This document shows positions 10,416-19,200 of a stretch of 64,000 bases of DNA, piece after piece; positions within the stretch are counted from its first letter, which is position 1; each line of letters begins with the position of its first letter. The notes below the pieces were generated by a model. The model ran no database searches. It saw only the letters and a list, made by a program, of their open reading frames with translations, and was not told where the DNA came from. The position numbers and the translations under genes were made by a program. The DNA comes from Chloroflexota bacterium (GTDB lineage Bacteria > Chloroflexota > UBA11872): assembly GCA_022825895.1 (NCBI GenBank), contig JAJDVX010000041.1:6944-70943 (forward strand). The letters are read 5' to 3'.

Positions 10416-11219
10416 ATGGCCTACACGGCACTGGAACGTCTGAACCGCGATGAAGTGGGCGCACGCGCGCCGGAGGCCGTGGCGATTCTGCCGACGGCCG
10501 CGATCGAACAGCACGGGCCGCATAACCCGATCGGGCTGGACACGATGTGCTGCATGGCGGTGGCGCGCGGGGCGGCCGAGGCGGCCGGCGAGCTTGACGT
10601 GATCGTGAGCCCGCCGTTGCATTTCGGGAGTTCGGATCACCACCGGCCGTTTCCCGGGGTGCTGACGCTGCGCAGCGGGACGTTCAGCCTGGTGCTGAAC
10701 GAACTGCTGGAGAGCCTGACGCTTTCCGGGTTCCGGCGCATCCTGATCCTGAACGGGCACGGCGGCAACATTCTGCTGATCCAGCAGGCGGCGAGAGACT
10801 TCGTGCTGGAGCACCCGGACGTGCGGGTGGCGGCGGGGGCGTACTGGGATATCGCGCGGCCGAGGCTGGAGGCGGTTGCCGCCAGCCGCCAGGTGCACGT
10901 GCCGGGGCACGGGGGCGACTTCGAGACGTCGTTGATGCTGCACCTGGACCCGGAGCTGGTGCGGGACGACCTGCTGCCGATCAAACACGCGGACCGGGAC
11001 GATCCGCGGAGTTCGGGCTGGCCGAAGCTGGGGATGTCCACGATGGGCGGGTCGGTGAACGTGGCGGACGTGGTGTACATGTCGTTCCCCGGCGCGCGGA
11101 TCACGGGGCTGAGCGACGACGCGCGGGCCGCGACGGCGGAGCTGGGGCGGCAGTACTACGAGATCGCGGTGGAGGAAGTGGCCAGGCTGATCGGGATTAT
11201 CTCGGCAGGGCCCAGCTGA
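10416..11219 (+). CDS. Creatininase/MftE-family amidohydrolase
   Basis: EQHGPH..GLD, GSSDHH, NGHGGN and HGGDFETS metal-ligand motifs; start set at ATG 10416. Confidence 0.9.
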   Translation: MAYTALERLNRDEVGARAPEAVAILPTAAIEQHGPHNPIGLDTMCCMAVARGAAEAAGELDVIVSPPLHFGSSDHHRPFPGVLTLRSGTFSLVLNELLESLTLSGFRRILILNGHGGNILLIQQAARDFVLEHPDVRVAAGAYWDIARPRLEAVAASRQVHVPGHGGDFETSLMLHLDPELVRDDLLPIKHADRDDPRSSGWPKLGMSTMGGSVNVADVVYMSFPGARITGLSDDARAATAELGRQYYEIAVEEVARLIGIISAGPS

Positions 11220-11260
11220 TCACGCGGATTCGCATCCAGCGCAGCTGAGCGCCAGGCGCG

Positions 11261-11770
11261 ATGGCACGGGCCGAGCACCGGAACATCATTGGCGTCGGGG
11301 GCGTGGTGCGGATGGGCGGGGGCGTGCTGCTGGTGCGGCTGACCTACAGCGACATCAAGGGCCGCTTCATGTTTCCGGGCGGGAAGGTGGATCCGGGCGA
11401 GTCGTTGGAACGGGCGCTGGTTCGGGAGGTCGAGGAGGAAGCCGGGGTTGTTGCCGAACCGGAGGATCTGGTGGCGGTGCGGCATCGCATCGATCCCGGC
11501 GAACTGAACACCTACGTGATTTTCAGCATGCGGTACGTGAGGGGCGAACCGCGTCCGAACGGTCGGGAGACGGACGCGGTGGCGGTGGTCGACGCCGAGC
11601 AGTTGCGGATGCAGCCGGAGCGGTTCGCGTCGCTGGTGCCGGAAGTGGCGCTGCCGGTGCTGACGGGGACGGGGTCGGGGCTGTCCCGGCAGGGCTACCT
11701 GCCGGCGCACGGCCGGTACTCGACGGAGACGTTTCAGCTGTACGCGGCGCCGCGGCCGGAGGATGCCTAG
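11261..11770 (+). CDS. NUDIX hydrolase
   Basis: Nudix box GGKVDPGESLERALVREVEEEAGV. Confidence 0.92.
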   Translation: MARAEHRNIIGVGGVVRMGGGVLLVRLTYSDIKGRFMFPGGKVDPGESLERALVREVEEEAGVVAEPEDLVAVRHRIDPGELNTYVIFSMRYVRGEPRPNGRETDAVAVVDAEQLRMQPERFASLVPEVALPVLTGTGSGLSRQGYLPAHGRYSTETFQLYAAPRPEDA

Positions 11771-12969
11771 AAGCGGTCGGCGTTCCAGTACATGAAGGGC
11801 GAGTTGGGGAACAGGCGGCGCAGGTAGACGTCGACGTGAGGCGGAATGTCGAGGGCATCCAGGGCCTCGTAGCCGCCGGGCGCGCCGAGGTAGAGGTCAA
11901 GGAACTGCCCGCCGGTGAGCTGGACGACAGGCTCGTTGCCGACCGGTTCGCCGATGACCACGTTGGCCATGGGCGTCTCGACCCTTGCGGCTTCGCCATC
12001 GACGTTCAGAGCGAAGGGGGGGCCGGGCAAGGGGGCCATGCGTCGGCGGCGGCGGATGAGCTCGGGAATCACGCTCTCGAGGGCGCCGCGCAGCGAATTC
12101 AGCCTGACCATGTAGTGCCGGGTGGGCTTGAGGGTGGCGTCGGCGCGCTTGCGGAGCAGGTCGAAGAGCTCGGATGCGGGGTGCAACTCGCCGGTCAGGC
12201 GGCTGACGCCGCGGTCGGCCGCGCGGGCCCGCCACACGTTCAGCAGGGGAATTGCCAGGTTCTCGTATTGCACGCCGCCGTCCAGAATCGTCATTTGGTC
12301 GTCGGACAGCTCGGTGATGGCGTAGGCCACGACGGTGCGGACCTGGACGAGCACGTCGAAGCACACGTTGGATTCCGGCGCGACGCGCGGCAGCCACTCC
12401 ATCAGCGCCCGCCAGTACGCCTCGCTACGGTCGAGCGGGCCGACGCGGTCGGCGGCGATGTCCGAGTAGATGCCCATGACCGCGGGCAGGTCGGTGGATT
12501 GGAAGGGACGGACCACATAGCCGCCGGCCCACTCGATGTCGCCGCCGGGAAACCCGGCTTCGAGCTGCGCGGTTGCCAGGGCGTGCCAGCCGCGGCCGGC
12601 GTAGACCTCGGGGGTCCCGGTCGAGAGCAGGGACAGCGGCTGACCGTCGGCCTGCATCCGCTCCACGGCCGCGTCCAGCAGCCGGCCGGCATGGCCCCGG
12701 CCGCGGTGCGCGGGGTCAACGCCAACGTCGGCGATGCCGCCGAAGCGTACGCGCGCCTCGCCGTAGCGCATGGTGCGGTCGGCGATCCAGAGGTGCCCGA
12801 CGATGGCGCCGCCGTCCTCGACGACCAGGCTCTGGGATACGTCCCAGGCGGGGTCGGCGCTCTGGTGGCGCTCGAAGTAGTCGCGGGGCGTGTCGTCGAA
12901 TGCGCGGTCGGTCAGGTCCAACGCTTCGTCGCGTCGGTTCGGGGTCAGGGGGGCGACTGTAGGGTTCAT
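11767..12969 (-). CDS. Eis-like tandem GNAT acetyltransferase (400 aa)
   Basis: Motif A GIADVGVDPAHRGRGHAGRLL, second GNAT-like domain, SCP2-like C-terminal region ending WNADRF; start set at ATG 12969. Confidence 0.8.
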   Translation of the reverse strand: MNPTVAPLTPNRRDEALDLTDRAFDDTPRDYFERHQSADPAWDVSQSLVVEDGGAIVGHLWIADRTMRYGEARVRFGGIADVGVDPAHRGRGHAGRLLDAAVERMQADGQPLSLLSTGTPEVYAGRGWHALATAQLEAGFPGGDIEWAGGYVVRPFQSTDLPAVMGIYSDIAADRVGPLDRSEAYWRALMEWLPRVAPESNVCFDVLVQVRTVVAYAITELSDDQMTILDGGVQYENLAIPLLNVWRARAADRGVSRLTGELHPASELFDLLRKRADATLKPTRHYMVRLNSLRGALESVIPELIRRRRRMAPLPGPPFALNVDGEAARVETPMANVVIGEPVGNEPVVQLTGGQFLDLYLGAPGGYEALDALDIPPHVDVYLRRLFPNSPFMYWNADRF

Positions 12970-13037
12970 AGGCAAGGGGTTGGTGGGCTGCGGGTACGAA
13001 AAAGCGGCCCGACGCGCTGGCGTCCGGGCCGGCACGG

Positions 13038-13046
13038 AATATAGCA
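13038..13046 (-). promoter_or_regulatory. Extended -10 promoter for the GNAT gene
   Basis: TGcTATATT on the minus strand, ~70 bp upstream of the ATG; no clear -35. Confidence 0.55.
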
Positions 13047-13176
13047 AATGGGGTGGGTCAGCCGAGGCTAGACTCGGAACACGAGCCGAAGGAACGATCG
13101 CGACGACCGCCATGCCAGCAGCGACGCACGCTCACCCGGGCGCAGGCCCCGGCCAAACCGTGGGCCGCCGGACGTG

Positions 13177-13914
13177 ATGCCGCAGCGCCTTCGGCGGGAA
13201 CTCTTCACGCTGCGCGGCTTGCTGTTCGTGTTGCTGGGCGTGCTGGCGCTGGCGGTGGGGGCGCTTCTGCTGGCGATGTTGGCCACGCAACCGGGAGCTG
13301 CCGGGCCGGTGGCGAGCGGCGGGCCGGCGCCGGCCGCGCCAGCAGGGTCGCGCTCGGGCCCGCTGAGCGACGACGCGGCGGCGGCCGAGGCGGCGCCGAC
13401 GCGGCGTCCGCTGATTCGGCTGCCGACGCGACCGCCACCGGCCGAGATCGCGGCGGTCGCGATGCTCCCGAGCAACCTGGTCGACGATGCGGACTTGCGC
13501 ACGTTTCTGCGCGAGGCGGACCAGATGATTGCGGTACTCGATCCAGCCACGGGCTACCTGGGGATGCTGGCGACGCAGGCGCTGCGGGACGAGACCTCGA
13601 GGTTGCGGGTGATTGCGGAGAGCGGCGGCGCGGCCGCGGCGCTTGCCGAGATTCGCCCGGTTCGCTCGACGTCCGAGCTGCCGGCTGACGCCCAGACGCT
13701 GGCGCTGTTGCTGCGGTCAATCCTGGTGTCGAGCGCGGCCGGGCAGCAAAGCCTGCTGGACAGCGTTTCCGGACAGCCGGCGATCACCGAGCGGATTCAA
13801 GCGGCCCGGGAAGCGCGGGCCCTGGGCCGTTTCCTTGAGATTCACGACGCGCTGGCGTTTGGGGCGGAGTTGCGCAATCACCTGGTGCTGTCGACGTCGA
13901 TCGATCGTCCCTAG
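13177..13914 (+). CDS. Hypothetical membrane-anchored protein
   Basis: N-terminal hydrophobic helix, Pro/Ala linker, helical C-terminal domain; coding-like codon usage. Confidence 0.7.
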   Translation: MPQRLRRELFTLRGLLFVLLGVLALAVGALLLAMLATQPGAAGPVASGGPAPAAPAGSRSGPLSDDAAAAEAAPTRRPLIRLPTRPPPAEIAAVAMLPSNLVDDADLRTFLREADQMIAVLDPATGYLGMLATQALRDETSRLRVIAESGGAAAALAEIRPVRSTSELPADAQTLALLLRSILVSSAAGQQSLLDSVSGQPAITERIQAAREARALGRFLEIHDALAFGAELRNHLVLSTSIDRP

Positions 13915-15707
13915 CCAGCGGCCGGCTCGATCTCGGGTAGCTGCCAGGACTCAATAGCGCGTTCGGCGTTGGCCGTCAGGAGAAGGTTGGCGGCAGGCGC
14001 GGCGGCGACGGCGCGAATTTCAGACGAGGTGACGAGCTGTCCGAGTTGCGCGCCGTCGGCACGGATGACGACGAGCGTGCGTTCGGACGTCTGCGCGATC
14101 ACGTAGTCATTGGTGACGAGCAGCCGTTCGACCGCAAGACCGGGAATCTGCCAGAGTTGGGTGCCGGTGAGGCTGAAGGCGCCGAGCCCGTTGGGGCCGG
14201 CCAGCACGATGGTGTCGTTCCCGGGCATGCGCATCGCGGCGGTGGAGGGGTAGCCGATCTGCCAGACGAGATCGCCGCGGGCACTATCGAAGATCAGCGA
14301 GCTCTGATTCGTCACGGCGACCGTGTGTTCGCCGGACCGGGTGAACAGCACGTTGTGCAGCTCGCCGTCGACGCCGAACCGCTGGTCCAGGTTTCCGGCC
14401 GGTGTTATGAGAACGATCTGGTTCTCGCCCTGCTTTGAGGAGGCGACGGCCACGGTGCCCGTCCGCGGATTGAGCGCCACGCCGGCGGCGCTGATGTAGG
14501 ACTGCGTGGGACCCCAGCGCTGCCCATTTCGATCGAAGGCGAACACGTGCCCCAGCCCGCTGGCATTGGTCGAGCGGGCCACCAGCCAACTACCGTCCGG
14601 CGCAAAGACGACGTCCTCGAGCAGCTGATTGTCGGGACGTGCCGGCGACCTCCAGATCGGCGCACCTGCCGAGTCAAGCAGCATGAGGTCGAAGCCATGC
14701 GCGGCCATGAGTGCCCCGTCCGCCGACACGGCGGCGCGCGACAGCGGAACCCGCAGGTTGTTGGACCAGCGCGATTCGCCGGCAGGCCCGAAGACCTGGA
14801 CCGCGCCGTTGCGGGCTATGGCGACGACAGGATCTCCCCGGGCCGACGTGGCGAGGCCGGTGATGTCAAAGTCGGTTCTGGCCAGCCAGGCCCGCTCGGT
14901 CCAGCGGCCGGCCGCGGGAGCGCGAAGTTCGCTTACGGAAAACGCGAGGTCGACGACGTCCTCAATGCGAGTCGCGAAATTCTCAAGTTGCCAGGCGCGA
15001 GCCGCGGCGTCGGCTTCGTTGGGCGTGGGAAAACGCCCGGCCTCCACCCAGCGCGGATAGACGCGGGACATCCGGATGACGGGGAGGCGCTGCCCGATGC
15101 GCGCCCGGGCCTCGGCTTCATCCGTAAAGGGGCCGACCAACACGGCGAGCATGGGGACGCGGAGGGCCTGGATGCGGAATGCGCCGAGCTCGTCGACGGT
15201 CTTGAGCAGCCAGTCCTTGGTTCGGCCCTGATCAAGGGCTTCGGCGAAGGCCTCAATCGCGGCGCGGGCGCGTTGCTGCAGGGTAAGGACGTGCACGAGG
15301 CGCTCGGGCTGCTCGGAGTCGCGGTAGGCGCGAACCGTTGGGATGATTTCGACGAGCGCGTCGACGGCGATCGTAAGGTGCTGGTGGGCGACGGCGGCCG
15401 ACGCCGGGGGGCTGAGCGGCACCAGGCCTTGCCCCAACGTCCCGATCGAGTCGAATCGAGCCTCGGCGGCAGCGGCAAACTGGTCGGCCGTCTGTGATCC
15501 GGCGCCCAGTTCGCGGATGTTGAGTTCGAACGTGCGCACGACCTCGAGCGCCCCGGTCGCGACCTTGAGGGCCGGCTCCCAGTAGGGGCGTGCGGTGAGC
15601 CGCGCCGAGCGGGAGGCGGCCTCGCCGCAGGCGGTGAGCACGGCGGCCAGGCCGGTCGCGACAACGAAGGCCCGCCGGGACACCGCGGTGCGCCGCCCCT
15701 CCGACAT
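13911..15707 (-). CDS. Putative Tat-exported lipoprotein with SPOR-like region and C-terminal beta-propeller
   Basis: SRRAFV twin-arginine motif plus LTAC lipobox; VLVGPFTDEAEA...AGRFPTPNEA; repeated GxxxW (PQQ/WD40-like) blades. Confidence 0.75.
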   Translation of the reverse strand: MSEGRRTAVSRRAFVVATGLAAVLTACGEAASRSARLTARPYWEPALKVATGALEVVRTFELNIRELGAGSQTADQFAAAAEARFDSIGTLGQGLVPLSPPASAAVAHQHLTIAVDALVEIIPTVRAYRDSEQPERLVHVLTLQQRARAAIEAFAEALDQGRTKDWLLKTVDELGAFRIQALRVPMLAVLVGPFTDEAEARARIGQRLPVIRMSRVYPRWVEAGRFPTPNEADAAARAWQLENFATRIEDVVDLAFSVSELRAPAAGRWTERAWLARTDFDITGLATSARGDPVVAIARNGAVQVFGPAGESRWSNNLRVPLSRAAVSADGALMAAHGFDLMLLDSAGAPIWRSPARPDNQLLEDVVFAPDGSWLVARSTNASGLGHVFAFDRNGQRWGPTQSYISAAGVALNPRTGTVAVASSKQGENQIVLITPAGNLDQRFGVDGELHNVLFTRSGEHTVAVTNQSSLIFDSARGDLVWQIGYPSTAAMRMPGNDTIVLAGPNGLGAFSLTGTQLWQIPGLAVERLLVTNDYVIAQTSERTLVVIRADGAQLGQLVTSSEIRAVAAAPAANLLLTANAERAIESWQLPEIEPAAG

Positions 15708-15714
15708 GCGAGTG

Positions 15715-17052
15715 TCAGCCCGGTGCGTTGGCGACCGCCGTGCCTCGCAGCGACCAGGGAGTCGCCGCGGTGATTCTGACGGCGCGCAGATCACCGGCAT
15801 CGAGTCCGACCCGATGGGGGATGAACACCAGCTTGTTGGTGCGGGTGCGGCCCCGCCAGCGTGGACCTTCGCCGTCGCCCTTGCCCGGCGTCAGTTCTTC
15901 CAACAGAACCTCAGTCGTCTTGCCCAGGTATCCGCGGTTGATGTCCTCGGCGACGACGGTCTGCTCGCGTTCGATGCGATGGAGCCGCCGCAGTTTTTCC
16001 TCCCGCGGGACGTCGTCGGCCCATTCGGCGGCAACGGTTCCCTTTCTGGGCGAAAAGGCCGCGACATGCACCTGATCGAAGCGCAAGTCTCGGACCATTT
16101 GCCAGGAGTTCCGGAAGTGCGCCTCCCGCTCCCCGCAGAAACCGACAATGATGTCGGTGGTGAGCGCCACGCCGGGGACGGTGGCGCGCAGCATCGCGAC
16201 GGTGTCGCGGTAGAAGCCCGCGGAGTAGCCGCGGGCCATGCGCTTGAGCACCCAGTCGTCACCGGACTGGACCGGAAGATTGATTTCCTCGCAGACGCCC
16301 GGAATGTCACGCATGGCCTCGGCCAGCGCCCGAGTCATAAAGCGCGGGTGGGCGGTGGTGAAGCGAATCCGCTCGATGCCTTCCACGGCGTCCACGGCTT
16401 CGAGGATGTCGGGCAGGGCCGTGCCGTCAAGGTCGAAGCCGTAGGCGTTGACGATCTGGCCGAGCAGAACGATCTCGCGTGCGCCTTCGTCGCGGAAACG
16501 GCGGACCTCATCGAGGATCTCGGCGAGCGGCCGGCTGCGCTGGGCGCCGCGCCGAAACGGCACGATGCAGTAGGTGCAGCGCTTGTCGCAGCCGTAGATC
16601 ACGTTGACGAAGCGGGAGACGGCGCCGGCGCCGGGGGCGGGCTGCGCTTCGACGTCCTCGTAGGCGGGCGCGTCGGCGGGGGCGGCGCGGGCCAGCCGGG
16701 CGAGCAGGGGCTCGGCATTGAGCGTGTCGAACAGCACGTCCACGGGATCGAGATGGGGCGCCAGTTCGTCTTCGTCGGCGTGGACGGTGCAGCCGGTAAG
16801 GCCGACGACGAGGTGGGGTTTGGCTTTCTTGAGCCCCTTGAGCATGCCGAGCATGCCCCAGACCTTGCGGTCGGCGTTGTCGCGAACGGCGCAGCCGTTC
16901 ACCACCACGGCCGTCGCATCAGCCAGCGTGCCGGCGGGCGTGTGGCCGGCGCGGCGCAGTTCGCGCTGAATCCGTTCGCCATCGGCGCGATTCATCTGGC
17001 AGCCGATGGTCCAGATGAACACGCGGTGGGCGGGAAGCAGTGTCGGCGGCAT
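15715..17052 (-). CDS. miaB: tRNA ms2i6A37 methylthiotransferase MiaB
   Basis: TIGCQMN, radical-SAM CDKRCTYC, LLGQIVNAYG, TDIIVGF, TRAM domain with GRTRTNKLV. Confidence 0.93.
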   Translation of the reverse strand: MPPTLLPAHRVFIWTIGCQMNRADGERIQRELRRAGHTPAGTLADATAVVVNGCAVRDNADRKVWGMLGMLKGLKKAKPHLVVGLTGCTVHADEDELAPHLDPVDVLFDTLNAEPLLARLARAAPADAPAYEDVEAQPAPGAGAVSRFVNVIYGCDKRCTYCIVPFRRGAQRSRPLAEILDEVRRFRDEGAREIVLLGQIVNAYGFDLDGTALPDILEAVDAVEGIERIRFTTAHPRFMTRALAEAMRDIPGVCEEINLPVQSGDDWVLKRMARGYSAGFYRDTVAMLRATVPGVALTTDIIVGFCGEREAHFRNSWQMVRDLRFDQVHVAAFSPRKGTVAAEWADDVPREEKLRRLHRIEREQTVVAEDINRGYLGKTTEVLLEELTPGKGDGEGPRWRGRTRTNKLVFIPHRVGLDAGDLRAVRITAATPWSLRGTAVANAPG

Positions 17053-17099
17053 CGAACGATTGGAACCTTGCGCAGCGGCCGAGGGCCGAAGTGCCACGC

Positions 17100-17108
17100 T
17101 GGTATGAT
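17100..17108 (+). promoter_or_regulatory. Extended -10 promoter of the glycosylation locus
   Basis: TGgTATGAT in the divergent intergenic region. Confidence 0.6.
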
Positions 17109-17168
17109 AGCGGTCCGGGGTATGCGCACCGGATACGCAGTCTGGACGGTGATTTTCTGCGCTCCCGA

Positions 17169-17369
17169 TTGACGCTTCTCCGCCGCCCGGCCGTTATGGC
17201 GTTTCTTGTTCTGGCGACGGTTCTGACGGCCCTGGTTTTCATGGTCTCGGTCGGACGGTCGCTGGGCGCGGCGCAGTATGCCGGGCTGGTGGCGGTGGCC
17301 GTGGTGACGGCGGCGTTTGCCGTGGGACTGATGTACGCCGACGCGGATTCGGACGATTCGGCGTCGTAG
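17169..17369 (+). CDS. Small two-TM membrane protein
   Basis: Two hydrophobic helices and an acidic tail; start TTG 17169 or ATG 17196; abuts rmlD. Confidence 0.6.
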   Translation: MTLLRRPAVMAFLVLATVLTALVFMVSVGRSLGAAQYAGLVAVAVVTAAFAVGLMYADADSDDSAS

Positions 17370-17370
17370 C

Positions 17371-18216
17371 GTGGCGGGCATGACCGTGGTGACGGGCGCC
17401 GGCGGTCAGCTGGGCATCGAACTCGCGCGGCGGCTGGACGCGCAGACCGCGGTGACGCTGAACCGCCCGCAACTTGACATAACCGACGCTCGACTTGTCG
17501 AGCGAACGCTGGGCGAGATTGCGCCACGCCTGATCATCCACGCGGCGGCGGCGACGAACGTCGACGGCTGCGAGCGCGACCGGGCCGAGGCGTACCGGAT
17601 AAACGCGGTCGGGACGTGGAATGTGGCGCGGGCGGCCGCGCGGGCCGGCGCGGCGATGGTGTACGTGAGTACGAACTACGTCTTTGACGGCAAGAAACTG
17701 GGTCCCTACCTGGAATACGACGACGCCTCGCCGCTGAGCGCCTACGGCTGGACCAAGCTCCACGGCGAACGGGCGGCGCGCCAGGTGGTCGACCGGCTCT
17801 ACGTCGTACGAACAAGCTGGCTCTACAGCCGGTGGGGCCACAATTTCCTCAGCCGCCTGACGAACCTGGACGCTTCCGACGGACCCCTGCGGTACGTGGG
17901 CGACCAGGTTGCCAATCCGACAAATGCCGGCGACCTGGCCGCCGCGATCCTGGAGCTGTCAACGACGGAGGCGTTCGGCGTGCACCACCTGGTGAACGAG
18001 GGGGCTACCAGCTGGTACGGCTGGGCAGCGGCCGTGTTGGCGGGGCTGGGACGCGCCGACATCGCGTTGGAAGAGATCAGCGCGGACGAGTTTCCGCGGG
18101 CGGCGGCGGTGCCAACGAATGCCGAACTGGCCAATGAGACGGCGCGCGCCGTTGGCGTGACGCTGCGTCCGTGGAGCGATGCCCTGACGGCGCATCTTCG
18201 CGAGGTCGCCGCCTAG
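17371..18216 (+). CDS. rfbD: dTDP-4-dehydrorhamnose reductase
   Basis: VTGAGGQLG, AAATNVDGCE, STNYVFDG, YGWTK (YxxxK), DQVANPT. Confidence 0.9.
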   Translation: MAGMTVVTGAGGQLGIELARRLDAQTAVTLNRPQLDITDARLVERTLGEIAPRLIIHAAAATNVDGCERDRAEAYRINAVGTWNVARAAARAGAAMVYVSTNYVFDGKKLGPYLEYDDASPLSAYGWTKLHGERAARQVVDRLYVVRTSWLYSRWGHNFLSRLTNLDASDGPLRYVGDQVANPTNAGDLAAAILELSTTEAFGVHHLVNEGATSWYGWAAAVLAGLGRADIALEEISADEFPRAAAVPTNAELANETARAVGVTLRPWSDALTAHLREVAA

Positions 18217-19182
18217 GTGACGGCCAGTGGCGGCGCGGACTCGCCGCGCTGGACGGTCTTGATTCCGACCTGGAACGGGCGGCATCTGCTGGAGGAAGCG
18301 CTGGGCGGCCTGGATGCGCAGGTGCTGCGGGACTTCGAGGTGATCGTGGTGGACGACGGTTCCGATGACGACACGGTGGCCTGGATGCGCTCGCAGCGTC
18401 CGGCCGACCGGGTCGTGGAGCTGCCGAGTCAGCGAGGTCTGGCGGCGGCGCTCAACCGAGGGATTGCGGTCGCGCGCGGGCGGTTTATCGCGCTGCTCAA
18501 TAATGACGCGGTGCCGGACCCCGGGTGGCTGGCCGCCCTGGACCGTGCGTTCGCGACGTCGCCCACGGCCAGTTTCCTGGCGTCGCGGATTCTGCTCTAC
18601 GACGATCCATCGCGCCTGCACGCCGCCGGCGACACGTACGGCCGCGATGGGCTGCCGGGCAATCGCGGGGTCTGGCAGCCGGACGGACCGATGTACCGCG
18701 AGCCGCGCGAGGTTTTTGGCGCGTGCGCGGCGGCGGCGGCCTATCGGCGCGAACTGTTCGACGACATCGGCGTGTTCGACGAGGACCTGGTGATGTACTG
18801 CGAAGACGTTGATCTGGACTGGCGCGCGCAGATGGCGGGGCATCGATGCCGGTACGTGCCGGACGCCGTGGTGTGCCATCGCCTGAGCGCCACGGCGGGC
18901 GGACCGATTGCCAGCTACCTGGTCGCGCGCAATCGACCGCTGGTGGCCGTGATGAACATGCCCGGGTTTCTCTGGCGACGCGGGTGGTGGCGGATTGCGT
19001 GGGCTCAGCTTAAACTGGCGGTTGCGGCGTTTCGGGCGATTCAGGGGCGGGCGGCGCGCGCCACACTGGCGGGCCAGGTGGCATCGTTTGCGCACCTTCC
19101 CCGGGCCTGGAGCAAGCGGTCGCGCCGCCAGCGTTCACGCCGTGTAGCCGACGACTATATCGACGCCTTGCTTGAGCGTTGA
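18217..19182 (+). CDS. Glycosyltransferase family 2
   Basis: IPTWNG, VVDDGSDD, LLNNDA, MYCEDVDL. Confidence 0.93.
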   Translation: MTASGGADSPRWTVLIPTWNGRHLLEEALGGLDAQVLRDFEVIVVDDGSDDDTVAWMRSQRPADRVVELPSQRGLAAALNRGIAVARGRFIALLNNDAVPDPGWLAALDRAFATSPTASFLASRILLYDDPSRLHAAGDTYGRDGLPGNRGVWQPDGPMYREPREVFGACAAAAAYRRELFDDIGVFDEDLVMYCEDVDLDWRAQMAGHRCRYVPDAVVCHRLSATAGGPIASYLVARNRPLVAVMNMPGFLWRRGWWRIAWAQLKLAVAAFRAIQGRAARATLAGQVASFAHLPRAWSKRSRRQRSRRVADDYIDALLER

Positions 19183-19200
19183 CGCAGGTGGAGGACAGCG

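Noticed and set aside
10416-11219. Mycofactocin (MftE) cluster
   Set aside because: Only a creatininase-family gene is present; there is no precursor peptide, MftB or MftC radical SAM nearby. The only radical SAM in the window is MiaB.
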